Both the position numbers and the translations under genes were made by a program. The notes beneath the pieces were generated by a model, which saw nothing but the letters and a program-made list of their open reading frames with translations, had not been told where the DNA came from and ran no database searches. From contig OZ024741.1 of assembly GCA_964016885.1 (NCBI GenBank), positions 396,800,001 through 396,864,000 on the forward strand: a stretch of DNA of 64,000 nucleotides, given 5' to 3'. Below, one piece after another: positions 30,682-43,486 of the stretch (position 1 is the first letter of the stretch; each line of letters starts with the position of its first letter). Origin of the DNA: Eledone cirrhosa. Lineage: Eukaryota.

Positions 30682-33600
30682 ATTATTGTGTAGTGTCTAA
30701 TATAAACATTATTATGTTATGTCTAATATAAACATTATTGTGTAGTGTTTAATATAAACATTATTGTGTAGTGTCTAATATAAACATTATTATGTAGTGT
30801 CTAATATAAACATTATTAGGTAGTGTCTAATATAAACATTATTATGTAGTGTCTAATATAAACATTATTATGTAGTGCTAATATAAACATTATTTTGTAG
30901 TGTCTAATATAAACATTATAATGTAGTGTCTAATATAAACATTATTGTGTAGTGTTTAATATAAACATTATTGTGTCGTCTCTAATATAAACATTATTAT
31001 GTAGTGTCTAATATAAACATTATTGTGTAGTGTTTAATATAGACATTATTGTGTAGTGTCTAATATAAACATTATTGTGTAGTGTCTAATATAAACATTA
31101 TTATGTAGTGTCTAATATAATCATTATTGTGTAGTGTTTAATATAAACATTATTGTGTAGTGTCTAATATAAACATTATTATGTAGTGTCTAATATAAAC
31201 ATTATTGTGTAGTGTCTAATATGAACATTATTGTGTAGTGTCTAATATAAACATTATTGTGTAGTGTCTAATATAAACATTATTGTGTATTCTCTAATAT
31301 AAACATTATTGTGTAGTTTCTAATATAAACATTATTGTATAGTGACTAATATAAACATTATTTTGTAGTGTCTAATATATACATTATTATGTAGTGTCTA
31401 ATATAAACATTATTGTGTAGTGTCTAATATAAACATTATTGTGTAGTGTCTAATATAAACATTATTGTGTAGTGTCTAATATAAACATTATTATGTAGTG
31501 TCTAATATAACCATTATTAGGTAGTGTCTAATATAAACATTATTATGTAGTGTCTAATATAAACATTATTGTGTAGTGTCTAATATAAACATTATTGTGT
31601 AGTATCTAATATAAACATTATTGTGTAGTGTCTAATATAAACATTATTGTGTAGTGTCTAATATAAACATTATTGTGTAATCTCTAATATATACATTATT
31701 GTGAAGTTTCTAATATAAACATTATTGTATAGTGTCTAATATAAACATTATTGTGTAGTGTCTAATATAAACATTATTATGTAGTGTCTAATATAAACAT
31801 TATTGTGTAGTGTCTAATATAAACATTATTGTGTAGTGTCTATTATAAACATTATTGTGTAATCTCTAATATAAACATTATTATGTAGTGTCTAATATAA
31901 ACATTATTATGTAGTGTCTAATATAAACATTATTGTGTAGTGTTTAATATAAACATTATTGTGTAGTGTCTAATATAAACATTATTGTGTAGTGTCTAAT
32001 ATAAACGTTATTGTGTAGTGTCTAATATAAACATTATTATGTAGTGCTAATATAAACATTATTTTGTAGTGTCTAATATAAACATTATAATGTAGTGTCT
32101 AATATAAACATTATTATGTAGTGTCTAATATAAACCTTATTACGTAGTGTCTAATATAAACATTATTATGTAGTGTCTAATATAAACATTATTGTGTAGT
32201 GTTTAATATAAACATTATTGTGTAGTCTCTAATATAAACATTATTATGTAGTGTCTAATATAAACATTATTGTGTAGTGTCTAATATAAACATTATTGTG
32301 TAGTATCTAATATAAACATTATTGTGTAATCTCTAATATAAACATTATTATGTAGTGTCTAATATAAACATTATTGTGTAGTGTCTAATATAAACATTAC
32401 TGTGTAGTGTTTAACATAAACATTATTGTGTAGTGTCTAATATAAACATTATCGTGTAGTCTCTAATATAAACATTATTATGTAGTTTCTAATTTAAACA
32501 TTATTATGTAGTGTATAATATAAACATTATTATGTAGTGTCTAATATAAACATTATTGTGTAGTGTTTAATATAGACATTATTGTGTAGTGTCTAATATA
32601 AACATTATTGTGTAGTGTCTAATATAAACATTATTATGTAGTGTCTAATATAATCATTATTGTGTAGTGTTTAATATAAACATTATTGTGTAGTGTCTAA
32701 TATAAACATTATTATGTAGTGTCTAATATAAACATTATTGTGTAGTGTCTAATATGAACATTATTGTGTAGTGTCTAATATAAACATTATTGTGTAGTGT
32801 CTAATATAAACATTATTGTGTATTCTCTAATATAAACATTATTGTGTAGTTTCTAATATAAACATTATTGTATAGTGACTAATATAAACATTATTTTGTA
32901 GTGTCTAATATATACATTATTATGTAGTGTCTAATATAAACATTATTGTGTAGTGTCTAATATAAACATTATTGTGTAGTGTCTAATATAAACATTATTG
33001 TGTAGTGTCTAATATAAACATTATTATGTAGTGTCTAATATAAACATTATTAGGTAGTGTCTAATATAAACATTATTATGTAGTGTCTAATATAAACATT
33101 ATTGTGTAGTGTCTAATATAAACATTATTGTGTAGTATCTAATATAAACATTATTGTGTAGTGTCTAATATAAACATTATTGTGTAGTGTCTAATATAAA
33201 CATTATTGTGTAATCTCTAATATATACATTATTGTGAAGTTTCTAATATAAACATTATTGTATAGTGTCTAATATAAACATTATTGTGTAGTGTCTAATA
33301 TAAACATTATTATGTAGTGTCTAATATAAACATTATTGTGTAGTGTCTAATATAAACATTATTGTGTAGTGTCTATTATAAACATTATTGTGTAATCTCT
33401 AATATAAACATTATTATGTAGTGTCTAATATAAACATTATTATGTAGTGTCTAATATAAACATTATTGTGTAGTGTTTAATATAAACATTATTGTGTAGT
33501 GTCTAATATAAACATTATTGTGTAGTGTCTAATATAAACGTTATTGTGTAGTGTCTAATATAAACATTATTATGTAGTGCTAATATAAACATTATTTTGT

Positions 33601-35477
33601 AGTGTCTAATATAAACATTATAATGTAGTGTCTAATATAAACATTATTATGTAGTGTCTAATATAAACCTTATTACGTAGTGTCTAATATAAACATTATT
33701 ATGTAGTGTCTAATATAAACATTATTGTGTAGTGTTTAATATAAACATTATTGTGTAGTCTCTAATATAAACATTATTATGTAGTGTCTAATATAAACAT
33801 TATTGTGTAGTGTCTAATATATACATTATTGTGTAATGTCTAATGTAAACATTATTGTGTAGTGTCTAATATAAACATTATTGTGTAGTGTCTAATATAA
33901 ACATTATTGTGTAGTGTCTAATATAAACATTATTGTGTAGTGTCTAACATAAACATTATTATGCAGTCTCTAATATAAACATTATTGTGTAGTTTCTAAT
34001 ATAAACATTATGTAGTGTCTAATATAAACATTATTATGTAGTGTCTAATATAAACATTATTGTGTAGCGTCTAATATAAACATTATTGTGTAGTGTCTAA
34101 TATAAACATTATTATGTAGTGTCAAATATAAACATTATTGTGTAGTGTCTGATATAAACATTATTGTGTAGTGTCTAATATAAACATTATTATGTAGTGT
34201 CTAATATAAACATTATTGTGTAGTGTCTAATATAAACATTATTGTGTAGCGTCTAATATAAACATTATTGTGTAGTGTCTAATATAAACATTATTGTGTA
34301 GCGTCTAATATAAACATTATTGAGTAGTGTCTAATATAAACATTATTATGTTATGTGTAATATAAACATTATTGTGTAGTGTCTAATATAAACATTATTG
34401 TGTAGTGTCTAATATAAACATTATTATGTAGTGTCTAATATAAACATTATTTTTTAGTGTCTAATATAAACATTATTATGTAGTGTCTAATATAAACATT
34501 ATTATGTAGTGTCTAATATTAACATTATTATGTAATGTCTAATATAAACATTATTATGTAGTGTGTAATATAAACATTATTATGTAGTGTCTAATATAAG
34601 CATTATTGTGTAGTGTTTAATATAAACATTATTGTGTAGTCTCTAACATAAACATTATTATGTAGTGTCTAATATAAACATTATTGTGTAATGTCTAATA
34701 TAAACATTATTGTGTAATGTCTAATGTAAACATTATTGTGTAGTGTCTAATATAAACATTATTGTGTAGTGTCTAATATAAACATTATTGTGTAGTGTCT
34801 AATATAAACATTATTATGTAGTCTCTAATATAAACATGATTGTGTAGTCTCTAATATAAACATTATTATGTAGTGTCTAATATAAACATTATTGTGTAGC
34901 GTCTAATATAAACATTATTGTGTAGTGTCTAATATAAACATTATTATGTAGTGTCTAATATAAACATTATAGTGTAGTGTCTGATATAAACATTATCGTG
35001 TAGTGTCTAATATAAACATTATTAGGTAGTGTCTAATATAAACATTATTGTGTAGCGTCTAATATAAACATTATTGTGTAGTGTCTAATATAAACATTAT
35101 TGTGTAGTGTCTAATATAAACATTATTGTGTAGCGTCTAATATAAACATTATTGTGTAGTGTCTAATATAAACATTATTATGTTATGTCTAATATAAACA
35201 TTATTGTGTAGTGCCTAATATAAACATTATTGTGTAGTGTCTAATATAAACATTATTATGTAGTGTCTAATATAAACATTATTATGTAGTGTCTAATATA
35301 AACATTATTATGTAGTGTGTAATATAAACATTATTATGTAGTGTCTAATATAAACATTATTGTGTAGTGTTTAATATAAACATTATTGTGTAGTCTCTAA
35401 CATAAACATTATTATGTAGTGTCTAATATAAACATTATTGTGTAGCGTCTAATATAAACATTATTGTGTAGTGTCTA

Positions 35478-35659
35478 GTGGATTGGCAGTATCGGTAGAG
35501 GGTCGGACGCCATGCTTTGACGCATAGAGTTACGGCCCTTGCCATTCTGAGTTCAAATCCCGCCGAGGTTAACTTTGCCTTTCATCCTTATGGGGTCGAT
35601 AAAATAAAGTACCAGTAATACACTAGTAAATTGCTGGCCTTGTGCCAAAAGTAGAAACA
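35478..35659 (+). mobile_element. Second copy of the same SINE insertion within the satellite
   Basis: Same junctions and same neighbouring satellite variants as the 30500 copy, with a handful of substitutions or indels between the two. Confidence 0.9.
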
Positions 35660-38600
35660 ATTATTGTGTAGTGTCTAATATAAACATTATTATGTTATGT
35701 CTAATATAAACATTATTGTGTAGTGTTTAATATAAACATTATTGTGTAGTGTCTAATATAAACATTATTATGTAGTGTCTAATATAAACATTATTAGGTA
35801 GTGTCTAATATAAACATTATTATGTAGTGTCTAATATAAACATTATTGTGTAGTGTCTAATATAAACATTATTGTGTAGTATCTAATATAAACATTATTG
35901 TGTAGTGTCTAATATAAACATTATTGTGTAGTGTCTAATATAAACATTATTGTGTAATCTCTAATATATACATTATTGTGAAGTTTCTAATATAAACATT
36001 ATTGTATAGTGTCTAATATAAACATTATTGTGTAGTGTCTAATATAAACATTATTATGTAGTGTCTAATATAAACATTATTATGTAGTGTCTAATATAAA
36101 CATTATTATGTAGTGTCTAATATAAACATTATTGTGTAGTGTTTAATATAAACATTATTGTGTAGTGTCTAATATAAACATTATTGTGTAGTGTCTAATA
36201 TGAACGTTATTGTGTAGTGTCTAATATAAACAACATTATTATGTAGTGCTAATATAAACATTATTTTGTAGTGTCTAATATAAACATTATAATGTAGTGT
36301 CTAATATAAACATTATTATGTAGTGTCTAATATAAACCTTATTACGTAGTGTCTAATATAAATATTATTATGTAGTGTCTAATATAAACATTATTGTGTA
36401 GTGTTTATTATAAACATTATTGTGTAGTCTCTAATATAAACATTATTATGTAGTGTCTAATATAAACATTATTGTGTAGTGTCTAATATAAACATTATTG
36501 TGTAATGTCTAATGTAAACATTATTGTGTAGTGTCTAATATAAATTTTATTGTGTAGTGTCTAATATAAACATTATTGTGTAGTGTCTAATATAAACATT
36601 ATTGTGTAGTGTCTAACATAAACATTATTATGCAGTCTCTAATATAAACATTATTGTGTAGTTTCTAATATAAACATCATGTAGTGTCTAATATAAACAT
36701 TATTATGTAGTGTCTAATATAAACATTATTGTGTAGCGTCTAATATAAACATTATTGTGTAGTGTCTAATATAAACATTATTATGTAGTGTCAAATATAA
36801 ACATTATTGTGTAGTGTCTGATATAAACATTATTGTGTAGTGTCTAATATAAACATTATTATGTAGTGTCTAATATAAACATTATTGTGTAGTGTCTAAT
36901 ATAAACATTATTGTGTAGCGTCTAATATAAACATTATTGTGTAGTGTCTAATATAAACATTATTGTGTAGCGTCTAATATAAACATTATTGTGTAGTGTC
37001 TAATATAACCATTATTATGTTATGTCTAATATAAACATTATTGTGTAGTGTCTAATATAAACATTATTGTGTAGTGTCTAATATAAACATTATTATGTAG
37101 TGTCTAATATAAACATTATTTTTTAGTGTCTAATATAAACATGATTATGTAGTGTCTAATATAAACATTATTATGTAGTGTCTAATATTAACATTATTAT
37201 GTAGTGTCTAATATAAACATTATTATGTAGTGTGTAATATAAACATTATTATGTAGTGTCTAATATAAGCATTATTGTGTAGTGTTTAATATAAACATTA
37301 TTGTGTAGTCTCTAACATAAACATTATTATGTAGTGTCTAATATAAACATTATTGTGTAATGTCTAATATAAACATTATTGTGTAATGTCTAATGTAAAC
37401 ATTATTGTGTAGTGTCTAATATAAACATTATTGTGTAGTGTCTAATATAAACATTATTGTGTAGTGTCTAATATAAACATTATTATGTAGTCTCTAATAT
37501 AAACATGATTGTGTAGTCTCTAATATAAACATTATTATGTAGTGTCTAATATAAACATTATTGTGTAGCGTCTAATATAAACATTATTGTGTAGTGTCTA
37601 ATATAAACATTATTATGTAGTGTCTAATATAAACATTATAGTCTAGTGTCTGATATAAACATTATCGTGTAGTGTCTAATATAAACATTATTAGGTAGTG
37701 TCTAATATAAACATTATTGTGTAGCGTCTAATATAAACATTATTGTGTAGTGTCTAATATAAACATTATTGTGTAGTGTCTAATATAAACATTATTGTGT
37801 AGCGTCTAATATAAACATTATTGTGTAGTGTCTAATATAAACATTATTATGTTATGTCTAATATAAACATTATTGTGTAGTGCCTAATATAAACATTATT
37901 GTGTAGTGTCTAATATAAACATTATTATGTAGTGTCTAATATAAACATTATTATGTAGTGTCTAATATAAACATTATTATGTAGTGTGTAATATAAACAT
38001 TATTATGTAGTGTCTAATATAAACATTATTGTGTAGTGTTTAATATAAACATTATTGTGTAGTCTCTAACATAAACATTATTATGTAGTGTCTAATATAA
38101 ACATTATTGTGTAGTGTCTAATATAAACATTATTGTGTAATGTCTAATGTAAACATTATTGTGTAGTGTCTAATATAAACATTATTGTGTAGTGTCTAAT
38201 ATAAACATTATTGTGTAGTGTCTAATTTAAACATTATTATGTAGTCTCTAATATAAACATTATTGTGTAGTCTCTAATATAAACATTATTATGTAGTGTC
38301 TAATATAAACATTATTGTGTAGTGTCTGATATAAACATTATTGTGTAGTGTCTAATATAAACATTATTATGTAGTGTCTAATATAAACATTATTGTGTAG
38401 TGTCTAATATAAACATTATTGTGTAGCGTCTAATATAAACATTATTGTGTAGTGTCTAATATAAACATTATTGTGTAGTGTCTAATATAAACATTATTAT
38501 GTAGTGTCTAATATAAACATTATTGTGTAGTGTCTAATATAAACATTATTGTGTAGTGTCTAATATAAACATTATTGTGTAGTGTCTAATATAAACATTA

Positions 38601-38789
38601 TTGCGTAGTGTCTAATATAAACATTATTATGTAGTGTCTAATATAAACATTATTGTGTAGTCTCTAATATAAACATTATTGTGTAGTGTCTAATGTAAAC
38701 ATTATTGTGTAGTGTCTAATATAAACATTATTGTGTAGTGTCTAATATAAACATTATTGTGTAGTGTCTAATATAAACAAAAGTCACTA

Positions 38790-40015
38790 TGAAAAGCAAC
38801 AACAGAAAAGGAAGAAAAAAAAGAAAATGTAAAGGCGAAAAAGAAAAAAAGGATCAAGCTACGAAAGAAAGGGAGAGGGAGAGATAAGTCACTACACCCC
38901 CCTACCTTGAGTGTTGCCTCAGACATGCCTCCCGGGCAATCGGCTAAAGTGTTATCGCGGAGAAGGGCCAGAGATCACCACTGTAACATCTACCCCACCA
39001 GAGACCACCACTATAACAGCTACCCCACCAGAGACCACCACTGTAACATCTACCCCACCAGAGACCACCACTGTAACAGCTACCCCATCTCATGGGGCTC
39101 CCTCCTCAAGACCACCACTATAACAGCTACCCCACCAGAGACCACCACTGTAACATCTACCCCACCAGAGACCACCACTGTAACAGCTACCCCATCTCAT
39201 GGGGCTCCCTCCTCAAGACCACCACTATAACAGCTACCCCACCAGAGACCACCACTGTAACAGCTACCCCACCTCATGGGGCTCACTCTTCAAGACCACC
39301 ACTATAACAGCTACCCCACCAGAGACCACCACTATAACAGCTACCCCACCAGAGACCACCACTATAACAGCTACCCCACCAGAGACCACCACTGTAACAG
39401 CTACCCCACCTCATGGGGCTCCCTCCTCAAACCACCATTATAACAGCTACCCCACCAGAGACCACCACTATAACAGCTACCCCATTCATGGGGCTCACTC
39501 CTCAAGACCACCACTATAACAGCTACCCCACCCCATGGGGCTCCCTCCTCAAGCAGGCTGCTGCCTTTCCGACTTTACGAAGGAAATCATCAGTGCGGGA
39601 ACCAATGACGCCAGAGATCTCGATGGAGACCAGTATGAAGAGGAAGCGGTCAGTCAGGCCCCGGTATATAGTTTTGCTTATCTTCCTCTCCTCTGTGGTA
39701 ATTCAGGGACCAATGACGCCAGAGGTCCTGACGGAGACTGATACAAACAGGAAGCGATCGGTCAGTCCCCGGTATTCAACTATCTTCCTTTCCTCCGCAT
39801 TGCGGGCAGCCGAGCCTGAGTTTGTGGTCGAGCCGACAAAGTTGGAAGGGGAGAACGAATCGCTGCATGTCGCGTCCTAAATTAGGGATTTGACCCCACC
39901 ATCCGTCGAAAGGGAAGAAGGTAAATCTTTTGGGGCGCTTGCCATCGCCACGGACGAGATCAATCGGCTGGAATTGTGAAAGGAAACCGGCTGCGCCGAG
40001 GTTCCTTTTGATGAT
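38790..40015 (-). mobile_element. Degenerate 3' fragment of a CRE-clade (RLE) non-LTR retrotransposon
   Basis: Minus-strand translation across stops and frameshifts: IIKRNLGAAGFLSQFQPIDLVRGDGKRP...DATCSDSFSPSNFVGSTTNSGSAARNAEERKIVEYRGLTDRFLFV...SGVIG...REPH...LQW.SLALLRDN. Aligns by eye with the 53315 and 61180 fragments and the PD-(D/E)xK RLE domain of CRE elements. Confidence 0.8.
38968..39552. repeat. Compound minisatellite (30-bp CCAGAGACCACCACTRTAACAKCTACCCCA and ~47-bp units) inside the CRE fragment
   Basis: Tandem units visible directly. Both ends run into CRE coding sequence on the minus strand. Confidence 0.9.
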
Positions 40016-40215
40016 TAGGGTTGCGAGTTTAGTGATGAGAATATAAAACATACAATTATTTAAGGACTAATTCTACCAAGGAATGGCAAGGAAAACATCA
40101 ACGGAATTTGAATTCACTAAACAATGTTTAAAAGTAGAATTCAAAGAGAAACGAGTTTAAACTTAAGCGGTAAAGGGACAACTTTAGGCAAGTTTTAGTC
40201 CTATTAATCTCATTG

Positions 40216-40393
40216 ATTGGCAGTATCGGTAGAGGGTCAGATGCCATGCTTTCCAGTATAGAGTTACGTCCCTTTACGGACTGAGTTCAAATCCCGCCGA
40301 GGTTAACTTTGCCTTTCATCCTTACGGGGTAGATAAAATAAAGTACCAGTAATGTACTGGGTAATTGCTGGCCTTGTGCTAAAGGTAGAAACA
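40216..40393 (+). mobile_element. tRNA-derived SINE with 13-bp TSD ATTAATCTCATTG
   Basis: A and B boxes plus family core. TSD at 40203-40215 and 40394-40406. Confidence 0.92.
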
Positions 40394-40424
40394 ATTAATC
40401 TCATTGGTAATTGTAACGTTTACT

Positions 40425-40804
40425 GTATGATCCACGGCGAACTACGTCAAGGCAAGCAAAACCAAGTCTCCCGAAAATGCTTCAAAGACCAACTCAGGTG
40501 CCAGCTGGTCTAAGGCAATATTGATCAAGGGAATGTGAACACCTGAAAGAGGATAGAGAGAAGTGGAGAGTGACCTTCAAAACAGCTGCAGCCAGCTTTG
40601 AGGAGGGCAGGAAGGCGGCAGTTAAAGACAAACATCAAAGAAGAAAGCTGTCCACCACCCAACCACACTTGCCCCAACTGTATCAGAGCCTGCGGTTCCA
40701 GGATTGACATCTACAGCTACCCCAGGCGTGCCGCCGCACAGAAGAAGACAACAATTTATCCCATTGATCTTGGCGAGTGAAGAATTCGCCATTCATTCAT
40801 TCAT
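40425..40804 (+). mobile_element. 3' fragment of an RTE-clade LINE
   Basis: IHGELRQGKQ...KCFKDQL...DREKWR...AASFE and C-terminal HTCPNCIRACGSRIDIYSY (CPxCxRxCxSRIGLxSH-like zinc finger), ending in an (ATTC)n tail. Confidence 0.75.
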
Positions 40805-40978
40805 GATCCAAGAATAACAAGAAAATTTATAGGTTCTCAGTGAATGAACATTGACTAAATGTTGTGGCAATTCAAAATACCAAATAGAGGGATACCCAGG
40901 GACGCCTGCTGCATGAAAAAGAAACAGAGGAAGATAATTTGTTAATATGTAAGGAAACATTGTTTTATATCCACTTAC

Positions 40979-41219
40979 CATGTGTTGCAGTCCATCTGAA
41001 CACTTGAGCCGGCTTTCATCTGTTTATCCTTAAAGTTACAGGAACAGTCTTTTGGTGCAACACATCTATTTCCATCACGAACAGTTCCAGGTTTACATTG
41101 ACATCCAGGGCTGCAACTGTTATAACAGTCATCAGGAACAAGGGAATACAATCGACTACAGGCTGGCTCACAAGGAGATGTGCATTCAGAATAAATGAAT
41201 CCTGCGGGGCATGTTTTCG
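40979..41219 (-). CDS. Exon of a VWD-C8-TIL mucin/vWF/SCO-spondin/hemocytin-like gene: TIL domain plus start of VWC/TILa
   Basis: ttccag|CG AAA ACA TGC...AAC ACA TG|gtaagt; 241 nt, phase 1 to 2; (P)KTCPAGFIYSECTSPCEPACSRLYSLVPDDCYNSCSPGCQCKPGTVRDGNRCVAPKDCSCNFKDKQMKAGSSVQMDCNTC. Confidence 0.95.
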
Positions 41220-41466
41220 CTGGAATTATAGAAACAAGTGTATTGATTAATGGTTGCTAACTAGTGAACCCTGCCGTCAATAATGTTGGTAATAGCATTG
41301 AATCTAAACAATAATAAAGTAATGAGTCCGGGACTGCGTACGGTTTATAATTTTTTTTATCCCATTAGTAAAATAAGTTGGATTACTTTGAATAAATAAT
41401 GAACGAATATTACATAATTTATCTACTAAATGTTGTAGCTGTTGATTAAATATATTTTATTGTTTA

Positions 41467-41905
41467 CTAGCAGAGGTACCCGGCGTTGCTCGGGTATTAA
41501 ATAGCAGTTATGTATACCATTTATGTCAATACGTCAGTGCTGCTTCGAAAACTATACTTTTACAAAATCATCGGCTTTTCCAAAAGGGGGTTCCTGCCCC
41601 CCAGGGGTCCCCTACTCAATATGTGCCAATTCTGAGAGTTCACATTCATATGTAGAACAAAAGTAGCCCATGTGTCAAGTTTTGTGAAAATCGGTTGCGA
41701 ACTCCAGAAGTTATGACGTTTTGTTGCATTGCACTGCAATGCTTCAGTCGACTCCAAGGAAGTGGTTAAAGGGGTTTATCTGCCGGAGAGGCTATAATCA
41801 ATATCTGGAAAAATGAAAGTACCCATGACCATCCGGAGTACATAAGTAACCTATGTCTTAAGTTTGGTGAAAATACTGTAGAAATGCATGAGGTTTACAC
41901 ATACG
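41467..41905 (-). mobile_element. Non-autonomous Helitron-like (Lep1/HINE-type) element, 3' part
   Basis: Minus-strand end ...ACCCGAGCAACGCCGGGTACCTCTGCTAG|T (hairpin plus CTAG). Body has AAGTTTTGTGAAAATCGG-type motifs recalled from such elements. Right boundary approximate. Confidence 0.55.
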
Positions 41906-42004
41906 TGTGTGTGTGTGTGTGTTTGTGTGTGTGTATGTATTTGTGTGTGCGTATGTATGTGTATGTCCGTCGCGGCATACGTATGTACTGGCCTAAATCT
42001 TCAC

Positions 42005-42100
42005 TATTTAACTTTGCCTTTCATCATTACGGGATCGATAAAATAAAGTTCCAGTAATGTACTGGGTAATTGCTGGCCTTGTGCCAAAAGTAGAAACAAC
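42005..42100 (+). mobile_element. 3' half of the SINE family
   Basis: TTAACTTTGCCTTTCATC...GATAAAATAAAG...GGCCTTGTGCCAAAAGTAGAAACAA. Confidence 0.85.
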
Positions 42101-42576
42101 TATTTTAATAACCTCTGTCATTTTCGTTTACAATCTTATTTACATCATTCTTAAACTACGGGGCTGGAAATCATTCGGTTATTTTAAATAGAATATTAGT
42201 CTAACGACTCCATTTACACCATAAACTTGGTCTTATCTTTGCATGAAATTGTTCTTCTCGGTCCACATAACAACGTATTATCCTCACTTTTTCCGTTCAT
42301 TACCAGGGAACGTCTTCACGAACCAAAGTATCGTCTTCCTGTTTTCCTTCGGTTGCAACGTTTCTCGAAATATTTAATTCTGCGTTAACAGATTGAATTT
42401 ATTAGTTTAAGAAGATCCCGTTAATGTCGAAAGCAGCGATTCTTTGCTTAAACTTTCTTTCTTTCTCAACCCCTCTCCCTTTTTTCTCATACCCTCTCTC
42501 TCGCTTTCTCTCTCTTTCTCACTCATACCCACTCTCTCTCTCTCTTCCTCTACAGAATGGAGAAAAATAAAGAACG

Positions 42577-42582
<6 letters not shown>

Positions 42583-42675
<93 letters not shown>

Positions 42676-42740
42676 CTATCTCTCTATCTATCTCGCTCTC
42701 TCTGTCTTTATATATATATGTGTTTGTGTGTGTGTGTGAA
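42583..42740. repeat. Compound microsatellite (CT)n-(TCTA)n-(TA)n-(TG)n
   Basis: Seen directly. Confidence 0.95.
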
Positions 42741-43269
42741 CTAGCGTTCATCTCCATTCTCTTTCTCTCTCTCTCTCTCTGTCACTCTATCTGATTATCT
42801 TGTACCTCTCTCTGTATAATGACCTATCTCACTCTCACTCTCTCTCTCTACATCTCCCTTTCTCTCTTTAGATGTATATGTATATGTGTGTGTGTGTGAT
42901 ATATATATATAGAGAAAGTTGCAACATGTATGTAGTTTCATAGATTTTTGAGGGTAGTGAGAATGAAAATATAAACAGAGCATATAAATAAATTTACAGT
43001 AGAATAACATAACAAATATGTTTTAAATATATACATAAATAACATTACAAATGCCTCGGTAACACTACAAAGGATGATATAATGAAAGATATATTCCTTC
43101 CATGCTACAATATTAAAGAAAATGTAAAAGAACGGGTTAACAACGGAGCCAACACCAGAGCAAAAGACAGCAACGTCGCGAGTACTGGGCAACCTCTCTA
43201 ATGATTTTCGAGGCAAGCCAGCACACTCGCAGCGTTGCCTCGGGTGATGGCGAGGCTGATGCTCTGAAA

Positions 43270-43486
43270 TATTGTTTTAAAAGACTTTTTAATGGAAATG
43301 AAGCAAAATGGAAGCTTAATGTTGAAACTTCGAACTCATGAATTTTGCAGGTAAAAGTTTTGCTGGCGCGAAAACTTCGCGTAAAAGTGTAGCAATTTCA
43401 CCGAAATTTGAACGTACGGTTTAAGAGGAGATGTGTGCCGACTGTTTTAGTAGACAGACAGACAACCTCAGTTTTATATATATAGA
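43270..43486 (-). mobile_element. Helitron-like non-autonomous element, 5' part
   Basis: Minus strand starts A|TCTATATATATAAAAC followed by (TGTC)n, as in Lep1-type 5' ends. It may be the partner end of the 41467 element. Confidence 0.45.

Larger units (their letters stand above)
1..38779. repeat. 26-bp satellite array, consensus TGTCTAATATAAACATTATTGTGTAG, roughly 1,480 units, open at the left edge of the window
   Basis: Period 26 read directly (ATATAAACAT at 31 and 57). Continuous to ...GTCTAATATAAACA at about 38779. Only point variants, small indels and two SINE interruptions. No ORFs. Confidence 0.99.

Noticed and set aside
1-38779. CRISPR-like array
   Set aside because: Head-to-tail monomers with no unique spacers, no cas genes, and a eukaryotic context.
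38907-39519. Mucin PTS exon of the neighbouring gene
   Set aside because: Wrong strand, repeated frameshifts, and derived from CRE retrotransposon sequence.
40874-40910. Short terminal exon after the TIL exon (tttttcatgcag|C AGG CGT... giving CRRPWVSLYLVF*)
   Set aside because: Plausible acceptor, but the peptide lacks the expected VWC cysteine pattern. It cannot be supported without RNA data.
43200-43250. SECIS-like hairpin (ATGA...TGAT)
   Set aside because: Helix length and apical AAR do not fit. It is not in a selenoprotein 3' UTR and lies beside repeat sequence.
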